Positions 19,376-29,010 of a stretch of DNA of 64,000 bases are shown one piece after another. Numbering within the stretch: the stretch's first letter is position 1; every line of letters starts with the position of its first letter. Made by a program: the position numbers and the translations under genes. Source of the stretch: Clostridia bacterium (GTDB lineage: Bacteria > Bacillota > Clostridia > TANB77 > CAG-508); the NCBI GenBank assembly GCA_017939755.1, contig JAGBAJ010000042.1, forward strand, positions 31,563-95,562, read 5' to 3'. Under the pieces are notes generated by a model. The model saw only the letters and a program-made list of their open reading frames with translations. It was not told the origin of the DNA and made no database searches.

Positions 19376-19585
19376 TTATTCTCCTGGCTTTGCATAGCCA
19401 TATCTGAGAACTCCGTCCTTATCCCTATACGAGATAATTCCGGAACTGTAGTATCCCGTTTTTACAGACTTTCTGTATTCGTCCGTTGTGTCGCGCATCT
19501 GCGGATTTTTACCACAATTCGGACATATTGAACAGTTTTTGTCTTCACAGGCTACGCAATCATAGTACCGTTTCTCATCCATCAT
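19376..19585 (-). CDS. Small Cys-rich (zinc-ribbon-like) protein, GC-elevated
   Basis: 69 aa with 'CVAC...CSICPNC'; GC clearly above background. Confidence 0.4.
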   Translation of the reverse strand: MMDEKRYYDCVACEDKNCSICPNCGKNPQMRDTTDEYRKSVKTGYYSSGIISYRDKDGVLRYGYAKPGE

Positions 19586-20091
19586 GCAAACCTCCTTGTT
19601 ATTAGATTCTTATGCAACGATTGTGCTTTGCTTATTGCATAACACTTTACTATTTTAACATTTTTTATATAAAATATCAATAGTTTTTTCATGTCTCTAG
19701 ATTGTTTTGTAGCACATATATTAATTAAAGACTGGTCCTTCGTTTTTATATTTCGTAATTTTTTCCTTAGTTACTTTCTTGTGGTGTGGCAGGTATGTTT
19801 TTTGGGCACTGATGTTAACGTAATCCCAAAATAATCTCCACAGCGTCAACTTTTTATGTTTTTCAATGTATATAACGTATTAATTTTCACTTTCCAACCT
19901 TATAAAAAAATTTTTCTTAAAAAGTCAAAAAACCATAGGACGATTTTTTTAACTTTTTCGTCCCATGGTTTTAATCCAGCTAATCATATCATTATGTGTT
20001 CTTTCTTGTAAGCATATCATAATATATCTCTTTATTTTTTCAATATAAAAGGATATATTGATTCAAATTGATAATGTAAAATTGCAATTTG

Positions 20092-20532
20092 CTAGTTAAG
20101 TATTTCCAAAAATATATGGGTTTCATTTTCATCATATACTTTAAATCCTAATCGTTTATATAAGTTTTGTGCAGGATTTTCTTTATATGTTTTTATTATA
20201 ATTCTTTTTTTATTCTGTTTGGCTTTTTCTATATAATTATTTATAATATTAGTAGCTATCCCTTTATTTTGAAATTTCGGAGATATCATCGTTAAACCAA
20301 CAATATATTCGCTCTTATTATCTGTAAATGTTGTTACTCCTATTTTTTCATTATCTTTTATAATAATTTTCATATTCCCTATATTACTTTTTATTTCTTT
20401 AAGTGTTTTTTGTCTTTGAACTTCATCAATCCAACCATATATTTTTTCAATATACCATTTCATAGTTTCTTTTTTTAAATTAAAAACAAAATCTAAATCA
20501 CTTTCACTACAATTTTCTAGTACATAGTCCAT
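20092..20532 (-). CDS. GNAT family N-acetyltransferase
   Basis: Acetyl-CoA binding motif 'FQNKGIATNIINNYIEKA' (Q/RxxGxG/A). Confidence 0.75.
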   Translation of the reverse strand: MDYVLENCSESDLDFVFNLKKETMKWYIEKIYGWIDEVQRQKTLKEIKSNIGNMKIIIKDNEKIGVTTFTDNKSEYIVGLTMISPKFQNKGIATNIINNYIEKAKQNKKRIIIKTYKENPAQNLYKRLGFKVYDENETHIFLEILN

Positions 20533-20639
20533 TTACTATATCCTCCCTACAACTTAATATTTGTCTTAATTGCCACTTCTATATATTCCATTTTTATTTT
20601 CTCATAATAAATTATGTATTTATTTTAAACATTCTATTC

Positions 20640-20870
20640 TTAAATCATAATCTATTGGTGCCATTTGGCTATCATTAAAATCTATTATTCTTATCTCATT
20701 AGAATCACTTATTAAAATACTTTGATAATATAAGTATTATCAACATTAAATATGTCATTATTGAAACCTGCATTTATTTCTGTTATTGTATGTTTTCCTT
20801 CTACAAATATATCCTTATTAAATTCTACTATCTTTTTAGCCTTTTCTATTCTTGTTTTTCTAAGGTCTTC
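20640..20870 (-). pseudogene. Remnant of a phosphotransferase (APH-like) gene N-terminus
   Basis: Minus-strand translation gives 'KNIEDLRKTRIEKAKKIVEFNKDIFVEGKHTITEINAGFNNDIFNVDNTYIIKVF*'. This resembles the N-terminus of the intact APH at 22595-23506 ('[22 protein letters not shown]'). No start codon; truncated. Confidence 0.4.
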
Positions 20871-21352
20871 TATATTTTTTTTATATTTGTAATCATTCTA
20901 GGATGGTAACTATTTTTACTATAAAAATTAATAGCCTCCTCATTGTAGGCAAATACATCTATTAAAACATATTCACATTTACTGTACTTAAAATACTCTT
21001 CCATCTTACTTAATAATTTCATTCCAATACCATTACTTCTTACTTTTTTAGTAACTACTAACTCGGTAACTATACCCCTTTTAGGACATCTATAATCTAA
21101 ATAATCAAACTCTTCATATTTTGGTATTATTCCCATTATCAACCCTATTGCTTTATCATTCTCTACTGCGATATAACATTTCCCGTTTTTCTCTCTAACA
21201 TCTTTTAAATCTAACAAAGCCATTTTTTCTCTATATTCACTATGTAGCTGATCCAAGTTATCTTTGTCAACTGATATTATGTGCTCTTCTAATTCAACCA
21301 ATAAATTTCTAATATCTTCTAAATATTTATCCTCATATTCAATAATCTGCAT
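20870..21352 (-). CDS. GNAT family N-acetyltransferase
   Basis: 'VRSNGIGMKLLSKMEEY' acetyl-CoA binding motif. Confidence 0.75.
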   Translation of the reverse strand: MQIIEYEDKYLEDIRNLLVELEEHIISVDKDNLDQLHSEYREKMALLDLKDVREKNGKCYIAVENDKAIGLIMGIIPKYEEFDYLDYRCPKRGIVTELVVTKKVRSNGIGMKLLSKMEEYFKYSKCEYVLIDVFAYNEEAINFYSKNSYHPRMITNIKKI

Positions 21353-21450
21353 TTTCTCACTTACTTTCTTAATATTTTTGATTGTAATAATTATTTTCTA
21401 TACCCAAATTCATATAAACACAAAACGTAATTTGCCATTTTTCCATATTA

Positions 21451-21870
21451 TTATAAAGCTCCACTAAATAAATTTTGCTCTATTTTGTCGCCATATTTTT
21501 TATACAAATTGCAAGCTCTCACATTATCTGTATCAGCTAACACCCAGAATTTGTAACATTTATTCTCACTTTTAATAAAATCTATCACATAATCCATTAA
21601 TTTTGTACCTATTCCTTTTTCTTGGTAACCTGGAATTACGTCTACAGAATGAATGTAAAACATATTTTTTCCGTCTGGTCTTGCTAGTGAATATCCATAT
21701 AAAAATGCAATAATTTTATTGTTAATAGTGCCAATAAAAATATAGTTTTCTTCGCTCTGTATAAATTTCTTTATCATTTCTATAGTGTAAGTTATATCAT
21801 CTATAATAATTGGTTCCTTAATCATATCTATATTATTTAATGTTAATCTTTTAAACTTTAAATTATCCAT
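21451..21870 (-). CDS. GNAT family N-acetyltransferase
   Basis: 'YQEKGIGTKLMDYVIDF' motif A. Confidence 0.75.
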   Translation of the reverse strand: MDNLKFKRLTLNNIDMIKEPIIIDDITYTIEMIKKFIQSEENYIFIGTINNKIIAFLYGYSLARPDGKNMFYIHSVDVIPGYQEKGIGTKLMDYVIDFIKSENKCYKFWVLADTDNVRACNLYKKYGDKIEQNLFSGAL

Positions 21871-21872
21871 TG

Positions 21873-22598
21873 CTATTCAATCTCCTTTAATAATTCCTTA
21901 TAAACGTAATTTTTATCATATATATCTCCGAAGGACTCAATCCACAAAGGTATATAATTACTTCTACTTGCTACAGCTTGAGATCCAATATTTGTAGATG
22001 AAGCACACCATATAGGTACAATACCTTTTTCTAATATTTTTATTGTTAAATTTTGACTTAATATAGTTGCAAGTCCACCTTTTCTATATTCTGGCAATAC
22101 TTCTATTCCAATTTCCCAAATATCTTCATTTATTTTATCTGCTCCAGCTATTCCAACAATTTTATTATTACTATAAGCTACATAAGCAATATTTGAAATA
22201 CATCTTCCATCTTCATTAAATGTTATTGCATTTTCAAAACCTTCTTTTATCCCAATTTCATATGCATTACCATCAAATAGTTTGAATTTAAAATCTGGCA
22301 ATTCATCTTGTTTAGATATTCTTTTTAAATCTGGTATATAGTATATAGATTGCCCATATACTAATGGAAATTCAAATATTTCATATACGTTTTTGTTTGA
22401 CAATCTATCTTTTACTAAGTTATATAAATCTTCAGATGACGATACTAATACTAAATCATAAAACAACAACATTTTTAGTTTATTTTTCCCAGTATTCTTA
22501 ATTATATTTAAGCCTTTTTTATCTAGATCAGTAGCATCACAATTATAATTATCTGCAAGATACTGTTTTATTTTGTCTACAATTTCATTTTTATTCAT
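21873..22598 (-). CDS. GNAT-like acetyltransferase domain protein
   Basis: C-terminal half carries '[14 protein letters not shown]' in a GNAT-like fold; the N-terminal ~100 aa are unassigned. Confidence 0.5.
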   Translation of the reverse strand: MNKNEIVDKIKQYLADNYNCDATDLDKKGLNIIKNTGKNKLKMLLFYDLVLVSSSEDLYNLVKDRLSNKNVYEIFEFPLVYGQSIYYIPDLKRISKQDELPDFKFKLFDGNAYEIGIKEGFENAITFNEDGRCISNIAYVAYSNNKIVGIAGADKINEDIWEIGIEVLPEYRKGGLATILSQNLTIKILEKGIVPIWCASSTNIGSQAVASRSNYIPLWIESFGDIYDKNYVYKELLKEIE

Positions 22599-23506
22599 AT
22601 TACTCCTCTTTTCATAATTTCCGCTCTACCTTTTTTTATAAAATCTTGTCTTTCATTTTTTATTCCATACACTATAGTTTCTATTGGATAATATTCTTCA
22701 ATAATATCTTGGTATTCTTTTGCTTTATCAATATCTATATCTCCATATAAACTTAAAACTTCTTCTCCAAGCTCTAAACCCATTTCTTCTTCGCTATTTT
22801 CTAGTAAATATATAAAATCGCAATATTCATCTATGATTCCACTATCGCCAAAATCGATTATTCCAATTAATTTATTATTATCTACTAATAAATGATTTGC
22901 ACTAAAATCATTATGACATAAGCATTTTCGATCATTAAAAACATCTGTAATTTTTAATCTTTCCATAAATCGCTCTATATAGCTTTTCTCAACACCATTT
23001 AATTCATCATAAATTGTATTTCTTAGTAACTCGTATTCATCTAATACATTTTGTTTGTTATCTATTTTGTATTTACTTATCTCTGATACATCTAGGCTAT
23101 GCATTTGTTTTAAAAATTTGGCTATATCCTTTTTTAACTGATTTTGCTCAGCTTTAGTCATTTCTTTGTATAAAGTTGGATTCATAAATTTACCATCTAT
23201 CTTTTTATATCCCATTATTGATAGTTTTTTTGTTACATGATAAAATTCTATTTTAGGTATATTAATATTTGTGTTTAGATTTTTGTTTAGAAAATCTAAT
23301 ATTGCTTTTTCTTTTTCGTATCCTTTTTTCTGATTTGCACTTATTTTAATTTTGAAAATATATTCATTGTTTACTAAATAAGCAACGCTATCATAACCTC
23401 TACCAATTTCATCTATCTGAGTAACAGCAATATCTTTAAAGTTCTGCTCAATTATTAATTTCATCTTTTCTGCATTAATAATACTTTGATTTGTTTTACT
23501 ATTCAT
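22595..23506 (-). CDS. Aminoglycoside/antibiotic phosphotransferase (APH) family protein
   Basis: Brenner motif '[14 protein letters not shown]' and '[18 protein letters not shown]' (catalytic HxDxxxxN / DFG-like). Confidence 0.8.
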   Translation of the reverse strand: MNSKTNQSIINAEKMKLIIEQNFKDIAVTQIDEIGRGYDSVAYLVNNEYIFKIKISANQKKGYEKEKAILDFLNKNLNTNINIPKIEFYHVTKKLSIMGYKKIDGKFMNPTLYKEMTKAEQNQLKKDIAKFLKQMHSLDVSEISKYKIDNKQNVLDEYELLRNTIYDELNGVEKSYIERFMERLKITDVFNDRKCLCHNDFSANHLLVDNNKLIGIIDFGDSGIIDEYCDFIYLLENSEEEMGLELGEEVLSLYGDIDIDKAKEYQDIIEEYYPIETIVYGIKNERQDFIKKGRAEIMKRGVI

Positions 23507-24007
23507 TTACATTCTCCTTTTATACCATACATTGATTTCCTCTTTATTTGGAGCTTCCCATTTTTCTATTATTTTTTTCTTTAATCCTTCATTTAGATAA
23601 AAATCTGAGCCACCATTACCTTCTTCAATTCGTTTATTTCTTTCTTCTATGCTCTTTTCCCAAGTTTTATCGTCCACATCTATATAGTGCCATTCAATAT
23701 TAATATCTTTTGATTTATAAAATTCTGTAGTTTCTTTTCTAACCTGCTTAGTCCAAAATCCCCAGTCCAAAATGACATTACATCCTATATTTGCAAGCTC
23801 TACAGATTTTTTTATTAAATACTTATTAACTTTCGGACAAAACTTATCATAAAATTCTCCCTGTTCATTATTTATTAAATCGTATGTAACCTCGTCAACT
23901 GACAATATAACTGCATTTTCTTTTTGTTTTATTTTATTTGCATAATAAGTTTTTCCGCTACAAATCTTGCCACAAATTGCAATAATTTTTCCTTTTTTAA
24001 TACTCAT
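23507..24007 (-). CDS. P-loop nucleotide/nucleoside kinase-like ATP-binding protein
   Basis: Walker A 'ICGKICSGKT'; small (166 aa) kinase fold. The stop-start junction with the APH gene suggests co-translation. Confidence 0.55.
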   Translation of the reverse strand: MSIKKGKIIAICGKICSGKTYYANKIKQKENAVILSVDEVTYDLINNEQGEFYDKFCPKVNKYLIKKSVELANIGCNVILDWGFWTKQVRKETTEFYKSKDINIEWHYIDVDDKTWEKSIEERNKRIEEGNGGSDFYLNEGLKKKIIEKWEAPNKEEINVWYKRRM

Positions 24008-24024
24008 ACAAAGTCCTCCTTTGT

Positions 24025-24957
24025 TTAAAGATTATTATATCTTTTATCTCCCCACCAATTTGGAACTATATCCTTCAAATATACAATTTTTCTGCTTTCA
24101 TAATCAGTTATTATTTCCATATCTCTATTATCATAATTAAGTTGCATAAGAAATTCTCTACATGCTCCACAAGGCATTCCACCATTTATCTTTGGAGGCT
24201 CCGCCCTAAATGCAATTAATCTTTTAATTTTAGTTTCTCCTGTACTTATGTACATATTTAAGGCTGCCACTCTTTCTGCGCACAAATTCATTACACCACT
24301 TGCTCCTTCAATGCTAAAGCCGGTAAATATCTTTCCGCTTTCGCTTTGAACTGCTGCTACAACGTGATGTGCTCTAATAAATGGTGATACATCTTCTGGG
24401 TGATATTCCTTTTTTGCTTTTTGATACATCTCTTCCCATATATCCATCTTTACAAATGCTTTATCTGCTAAGTTCTTCTCTAGTTCAATTTCATCATTAA
24501 GTGGTATTCCATTTTCTCCAATTAATGGTACATCAGGTTTTGTTTTTCTAACCTCGTCCATAGCGTTTGGATATAACTTTATTAAACCATATCCTCTCTT
24601 TTGATAAAATTGCAATGCTCTTAAATTGTCATTTGTGGTAATTAATCTCATTTTTTTACAATTATTTTCTAATGCTACTTTTTCAACTTCTTTTAGTAAA
24701 GCTGTTCCTATTCCTATGTTTTCTTTTTTACTATCAAATGAAACTAGTTCACATACATTTCCGAAATACATATATGTTGCTAGACCTATTATTTCTTGAT
24801 TTTCCATAATCAAAAATCCGTCTAATTTAGTTCCATCTATAATTTCTCCTCTTATGCTTATATCAGTTGAAAACCAATTTTCTATAAGAAACTTATTTAC
24901 TAAAGCTCTAGTTTTATCAGTAATTTTTTCTATTTCATAATTCATATTAGAATCCAT
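24025..24957 (-). CDS. Fusion protein: N-terminal GNAT acetyltransferase plus C-terminal cytidine/deoxycytidylate-deaminase-like zinc domain
   Basis: GNAT motif 'NIGIGTALLKEVEKVA'. C-terminal 'LCAERVA' (C/H-A-E zinc ligand plus catalytic Glu) and 'PCGACREF' (PCxxC), as in CDA / blasticidin-S deaminase. Confidence 0.6.
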   Translation of the reverse strand: MDSNMNYEIEKITDKTRALVNKFLIENWFSTDISIRGEIIDGTKLDGFLIMENQEIIGLATYMYFGNVCELVSFDSKKENIGIGTALLKEVEKVALENNCKKMRLITTNDNLRALQFYQKRGYGLIKLYPNAMDEVRKTKPDVPLIGENGIPLNDEIELEKNLADKAFVKMDIWEEMYQKAKKEYHPEDVSPFIRAHHVVAAVQSESGKIFTGFSIEGASGVMNLCAERVAALNMYISTGETKIKRLIAFRAEPPKINGGMPCGACREFLMQLNYDNRDMEIITDYESRKIVYLKDIVPNWWGDKRYNNL

Positions 24958-25220
24958 CCTTTCAAAAAAAACAGAATACCTTTAATAAAGTATCCTGTTA
25001 TAACCTATATATTTTTAACAGTTTACTTGCTTTAAAATACTATAAATTCTTTTTAGTACAAAACAAATAAACCGATTATTAATTTCAAACTAACCACTTA
25101 ATTGAATCGTACTTTATTTATTACTATTTACCATTTATCTCGCCTCCTTTCTTATTTTTTTATATTCTCTAGTATACAGGACAAATTAATTATTGTCAAA
25201 TTTTACTAAGATGTAATTTA

Positions 25221-26237
25221 TTAATTTTCTTCCTTTTTCATATAATTATCAAGATTCAGTTCCTTTTTAAATTCTTCTTCTGTTGGCAAATATAATTTAT
25301 ATTTTGATGCAAATATCTGATTATTATCTTCTGGTAAAGTATATTTTACAACTTGGTCACTTTTATCTGCACATAATACAATTCCTATTGGTGGATTATC
25401 TCCCTCATTCATCATTTCTCTAGTATAATAATTTACATACATTTGCATTTGTCCTAAATCCTGATGTGTTAAATCTCCCAATTTTAAATCAATTATTACA
25501 AAACATTTTAATATATAGTTGTAAAACACTAAATCTATGAAGAAATGTCTGCCATCAAAAGTTATTTTTTGTTGTCTTGCTACAAATGAAAAGCCTCTTC
25601 CTAATTCTAATAAAAATTTTTGTAAATGATCTATAATTGCTTGTTCTAAGTCTTTTTCATAGAAACTTGTGTTACCTTCTAATCCTAAAAATTCTAATAC
25701 ATATGGATCTCTTATAATATTTTTAGGTTCAACTTTTTCTGATATTCCAATTTCATTTGCAACACTTTCTTTATCTTGACTTGCTAATAATCTTTCATAA
25801 TAAAATACTCCTATTTGTCTTTTCAGTTGTCTTACACTCCAATTAGATTTTACACATTCATTAATATAAAATTGTCTTGCTTTATCATCTTCTATTCTCA
25901 TCAATAACCTATAATGTGACCAACTCAATTCGTCACACAGTGTGTGGCGAATTGGAAATGCACGATAAAACTGTCTCATATATTTTAAATTTGTAACCGT
26001 AAATCCTTTTCCAAATTCTTTGGTCAATTGTTCTGATAAATACTGCAATAACTTTTTGCCATATTCTGCTCTATCATTTTCTCCACATGCTTTGTGTATT
26101 TCTTGCCCTATCTCCCAATATGCTTGTACCATTGCTGAATTTACTACTGTATATACTTTTGATTGTGCTGTTAATACACTATTTCTAATTATTTTATATG
26201 ACTCTTCTGGTTGTATTGTTATTTGGTTATCACTCAT
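25221..26237 (-). CDS. PDDEXK-family nuclease, DUF1016 (YhcG-like)
   Basis: N-terminal region 'AQSKVYTVVNSAMVQAYWEIGQEI' and C-terminal restriction-endonuclease-like 'FIDLVFYNYILKCFVIIDLKLGDL...Q' core typical of DUF1016. Confidence 0.75.
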   Translation of the reverse strand: MSDNQITIQPEESYKIIRNSVLTAQSKVYTVVNSAMVQAYWEIGQEIHKACGENDRAEYGKKLLQYLSEQLTKEFGKGFTVTNLKYMRQFYRAFPIRHTLCDELSWSHYRLLMRIEDDKARQFYINECVKSNWSVRQLKRQIGVFYYERLLASQDKESVANEIGISEKVEPKNIIRDPYVLEFLGLEGNTSFYEKDLEQAIIDHLQKFLLELGRGFSFVARQQKITFDGRHFFIDLVFYNYILKCFVIIDLKLGDLTHQDLGQMQMYVNYYTREMMNEGDNPPIGIVLCADKSDQVVKYTLPEDNNQIFASKYKLYLPTEEEFKKELNLDNYMKKEEN

Positions 26238-26441
26238 AAGTTTCCTCCTTTTATTATTTTACATTAGATGCTGATATTTCTGTTCTTCTACATAAAAAAC
26301 ATCTGTAAAATATACTTGCATATTCGCCACATCTTATACTTTTATAAGTATATTGCTTAAATTTTATCTGATTCTATCACATAAAAGTGAATATAGAAAG
26401 TGCTTTTCAAAACATTAGATAGCATAACTTTTTAGTAGGAT

Positions 26442-27749
26442 TTATATAAACTTATCAATATATTCAATCATAAATAAAGGTATATTTAGTATTTTTCCAT
26501 CTTGTACTAAGTTATTTAATGATAAACGTACTGATAAATCACTTTTAAATTTTTCATTAAATCTTGTTAGACTTGTATTATTAGTTGACTTGTTTGATTT
26601 TACTTCTATTGGGATAATTTTATTTTGGGTTTGTATTATAAAGTCAATTTCATGTCTATCAAATGTGAAATAATTTGGGACATTTTCATAAGTTGTATTT
26701 AACATATTTAATACATAATTTTCTGTATATGCACCTTTAAATTCTTCGAATAGTTTATTTCCTTCTGCTATTATTTTGCTATCTAAATTAGACATTTTTC
26801 TTAGTAATCCAATATCATTCATATATATTTTAAAGCAGCTTAAGTCATGGTATGCTTTTAGCGGAAAATCTGGTTTTGAAATATTGTATACTTTATATAC
26901 TAGATTTGCATCATTCAACCAATTTAAAGCATTTTCATATTCTCTAGCTCTTGCACCTTCTTTTATTGTTTGATATAAGAATTTTTTATTTTCTTTAGCT
27001 AGTTGCGATGGTATACTATTCCAAATTAAAGATATTTTATTTGCTTCACTATTTTGTGTATGCTTTGAAAAATCATTTTCATATGATTTTAATATATTAT
27101 CCTGAATCCAATTTACTTGCTCTATATCTTTATCATTTACCCAAGAATAAACTGCTTCTGGCATACCACCTATTATAAAATATGCTTTTAGCTTTTCTTC
27201 TAACATATTAAAGAAAATATCTGAAATCTTCTCCAAGTTATTTATGGATTTCATGTATTCAACTAAATTGCTGCAATTATCAGCTATTAAAAATTCACTA
27301 AATGACATTGGATATAAATTCATAAATTCTACTTTTCCAACTGGAAACGATGTATGTGAAAGTCTTATTCCAAGTAGACTTCCAGCACATACAATATGAT
27401 ATTGATTAGCTTCTTCTTGAAAATATTTTAGTGAATTTAAAGCATTAGGACATTCTTGTATTTCATCGAAAAAAATCAATGTTTTTTCTGGTAATATTGC
27501 CTTTCCATATATAAAAGTAAGCTGCTCTAATATTCGTTTTGGATCTTTTGTATTTTCAAATAGATTATATAAATTTTCATCATGGTCAAAATTAAAGTAT
27601 GCAATTCCTTCATAATTTTCTTTTCCGAATTGTTTTAAAATATATGTTTTTCCTACTTGTCTTGCTCCTTTTAATATTAGTGGTTTTCTATTTTTGCTAT
27701 TCTTCCAATTAATTAACTTTTTCATTATAAAACGTTCCATTCTCTTCAT
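26442..27749 (-). CDS. AAA-family ATPase with C-terminal DUF4143 domain
   Basis: Walker A 'LILKGARQVGKTY', Walker B 'IFFDEIQ'; C-terminal 'HEIDFIIQTQNKIIPIEVK' is characteristic of DUF4143. Confidence 0.85.
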   Translation of the reverse strand: MKRMERFIMKKLINWKNSKNRKPLILKGARQVGKTYILKQFGKENYEGIAYFNFDHDENLYNLFENTKDPKRILEQLTFIYGKAILPEKTLIFFDEIQECPNALNSLKYFQEEANQYHIVCAGSLLGIRLSHTSFPVGKVEFMNLYPMSFSEFLIADNCSNLVEYMKSINNLEKISDIFFNMLEEKLKAYFIIGGMPEAVYSWVNDKDIEQVNWIQDNILKSYENDFSKHTQNSEANKISLIWNSIPSQLAKENKKFLYQTIKEGARAREYENALNWLNDANLVYKVYNISKPDFPLKAYHDLSCFKIYMNDIGLLRKMSNLDSKIIAEGNKLFEEFKGAYTENYVLNMLNTTYENVPNYFTFDRHEIDFIIQTQNKIIPIEVKSNKSTNNTSLTRFNEKFKSDLSVRLSLNNLVQDGKILNIPLFMIEYIDKFI

Positions 27750-27795
27750 CTCCTTTATTTAGTATATTTATCTGTTATATTAATTATACTATCAA

Positions 27796-27891
27796 ATCAC
27801 ATTTTTGCAAGTTTTATTTTACTTTTTATCACACTTTTGCGAGTTTTATTTTATTTTCTATCACACTTTTGCGAGAATTATTTTGTTTTTG
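27796..27891. repeat. Three tandem 32-bp direct repeats (ATCACAYTTTTGCRAGWWTTATTTTW...)
   Basis: Units at 27796-27827, 27828-27859 and 27860-27891 with >85% identity. They sit in the divergent promoter region between the DUF4143 ATPase gene and the + strand membrane-protein gene. Confidence 0.8.
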
Positions 27892-28035
27892 TATTATGTT
27901 TGTACTATGTCAATATAGTAGACACGAAAATAATTGTACTATGCAAGATTCTTTTATCTAATAGCGTCAAACTATAAAAATAGGTGAATTAAAATTAACA
28001 TCTTCCAAAAATATTAATACATATATACAAAGGAG

Positions 28036-28584
28036 ATGATTTATATTAATTCAAAAACAAAAATTTTAAAATACCATATTATTTCAACAATACTAGTTTG
28101 TATTACTAGAACTCTTTTACATTTTTTATTTGAATGGACAAATGAAAATATTTTAATCGCTGCTTTTAGTGCAATCAATGAAAGTGTATGGGAACATTTA
28201 AAACTTGTATTCTTTCCTATGCTTTTAACTTCTATATTAGGATACTTTTTAATTGGAAAATCATTACAAAGATTCTTTTGCTCAAGGTTAAAGGGAATTT
28301 TAACATCTATTATATTTATCATTATATTTTTCTATACATATACAGGAATAATTGGTACAAATTATGCTATTTTAGATATAAGAAGCTTTTTTATTGCGGT
28401 TATCTTAGGAGAATTTTTATCGTATAAAAATATGACTTCCAATAAAAAATGTAACAAACGCTCTTCTTTAATAATATTAACTATATTAACATTCCTATTT
28501 ATAATATTTACATATTTAACACCACATATAAACTTGTTTGAAGATCCTATAACTAATGAATATGGATTTTTTAATTTAAGATAA
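28036..28584 (+). CDS. Hypothetical polytopic membrane protein
   Basis: 182 aa with about 5 predicted TM helices; no assignable motif. Confidence 0.45.
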   Translation: MIYINSKTKILKYHIISTILVCITRTLLHFLFEWTNENILIAAFSAINESVWEHLKLVFFPMLLTSILGYFLIGKSLQRFFCSRLKGILTSIIFIIIFFYTYTGIIGTNYAILDIRSFFIAVILGEFLSYKNMTSNKKCNKRSSLIILTILTFLFIIFTYLTPHINLFEDPITNEYGFFNLR

Positions 28585-29010
28585 ATAATTATTCTAAGCT
28601 TGCGCTAATGTATTATTTGTAATCTTTATTTACATATAATACTCCATCTTTTATCTATTTACTTTTTTGTAGTATTGCATGCATGAATTTTGAAGCACAA
28701 ATTTGAACATAATTTGGAAATAACCTCTATGGCGTAAACTTATTATGTTTTGCAGTGTCGAATAAATCTGAAAAAATCAAAGTTTTTTTCAGTAAATTTG
28801 TTCGACACATGTATTATCCGTAGCTAAGCTTTGCATAAGATATCTGTAGCTCATTTCATTCGCACAGCTATCTTAACTTCGTTGCGCATGGCTAATCAAT
28901 GTGCATCTGTTTTTGCGAAGCCTTTTTTATACATTAGGAAAAGTCAGCATGACTTTCCTAATGTATAAAAATAAGATGTGGGAATTCAAAAATGAATCTC
29001 ACATCTATCA

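Noticed and set aside
27796-27891. Tandem repeats considered as a CRISPR array
   Set aside because: The 32-bp units are directly abutting with no spacers, are AT-rich and non-palindromic, and no cas genes are nearby. This is more consistent with iterons or operator repeats.
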